A stretch of 64,000 nucleotides of DNA from Chiloscyllium plagiosum (Eukaryota): NCBI RefSeq assembly GCF_004010195.1, contig NC_057713.1, positions 43,734,349 to 43,798,348 of the forward strand, given 5' to 3'. The notes under the pieces are model-generated. The model had not been told where the DNA came from, made no database searches, and worked only from the letters and a program-made list of their open reading frames with translations. The position numbers and the translations under genes were made by a program. Positions 63,381 through 64,000 of this stretch are shown here, one piece after another; the stretch's first letter is position 1, and each line of letters opens with the position of its first letter.

Positions 63381-64000
63381 TATGTTGCCATTAGCCATAA
63401 CATTGAATTACAATTGGCAAAACCCACACTGCTGGCACATCTATGTTATGGTGTGACTAAATCATCTTGGTTCCCTTGTGTAGATTTGCCGCAACCAATC
63501 CTTCTTAATGGTGTTAGCCTAATCTGCTGACACCAAGTGGAGAATATCACATAAAGTCATTGGCAGAAGATAGGCTCAATCTTGATCAACAGCAAAGGAA
63601 TTTTTCCATAGTTTTTATTATATACGGTGGTATTTCTTATGAGGCATCGGGTTCAGTTAAAGAGAAAGCACACATTACTGTTTCTACATTTACTGAGCAT
63701 TAGAATAATTTGGACCAAACACTGCTACTTCTCACTGGACAGATATGTTGATGTTAGAAATATAGCTAGTTTTATATACCTTGTGATTTTGAGAAGTGGA
63801 ATTTCAAGGGCACAGGGTCACTGTACTAACAAGTTTATTTTTTGACTCGGGTCAATATCATGCAGGCTTATTTGATACAATCTTGTGTGTTGAACTGAAG
63901 TGCATTATTTGAATTTGAACTGTTAATTTATATGTCACTTTATCATTTGAATTGCATAATCTCAGAATCAACTAAATTTTGTTCATTCAAAAAATTCTGA

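Noticed and set aside
1-64000. CRISPR arrays, rRNA, prokaryotic operons or defence systems
   Set aside because: No regularly spaced repeats or rRNA; the sequence is eukaryotic intronic and intergenic DNA.

Overview
Repeat-rich vertebrate genomic DNA, almost certainly an elasmobranch (shark), judged from young HE1-type SINEs, HER1/CR1 LINE 3' ends and SacSINE1-like DeuSINEs. The only host protein-coding sequence I can support is the last two coding exons of an LRRC69-like gene on the minus strand (33461-33634 and 31722-31832); the ~30 kb above them is probably one large intron. The rest is a layered transposon landscape: many CR1/L2-clade LINE fragments, three longer Penelope-like (PLE) fragments, a decayed Tigger/pogo transposon, a Gmr1-type gypsy element with integrase upstream of RT, LTR remnants and MITEs. 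The most coherent unexplained signal is a population of short PLE pseudo-LTR-derived insertions from at least 3-4 families. They carry minimal hammerhead-ribozyme cores (CTGANGA...GAAA). Many are inverted (fold-back) pairs with asymmetric ends (one arm with a ~35-nt tail, one without) inside 9-16 bp target-site duplications. Most ORFs in the supplied track are spurious or transposon remnants. Coordinates of old repeats are approximate, and family names come from recalled motif similarity, not database searches.
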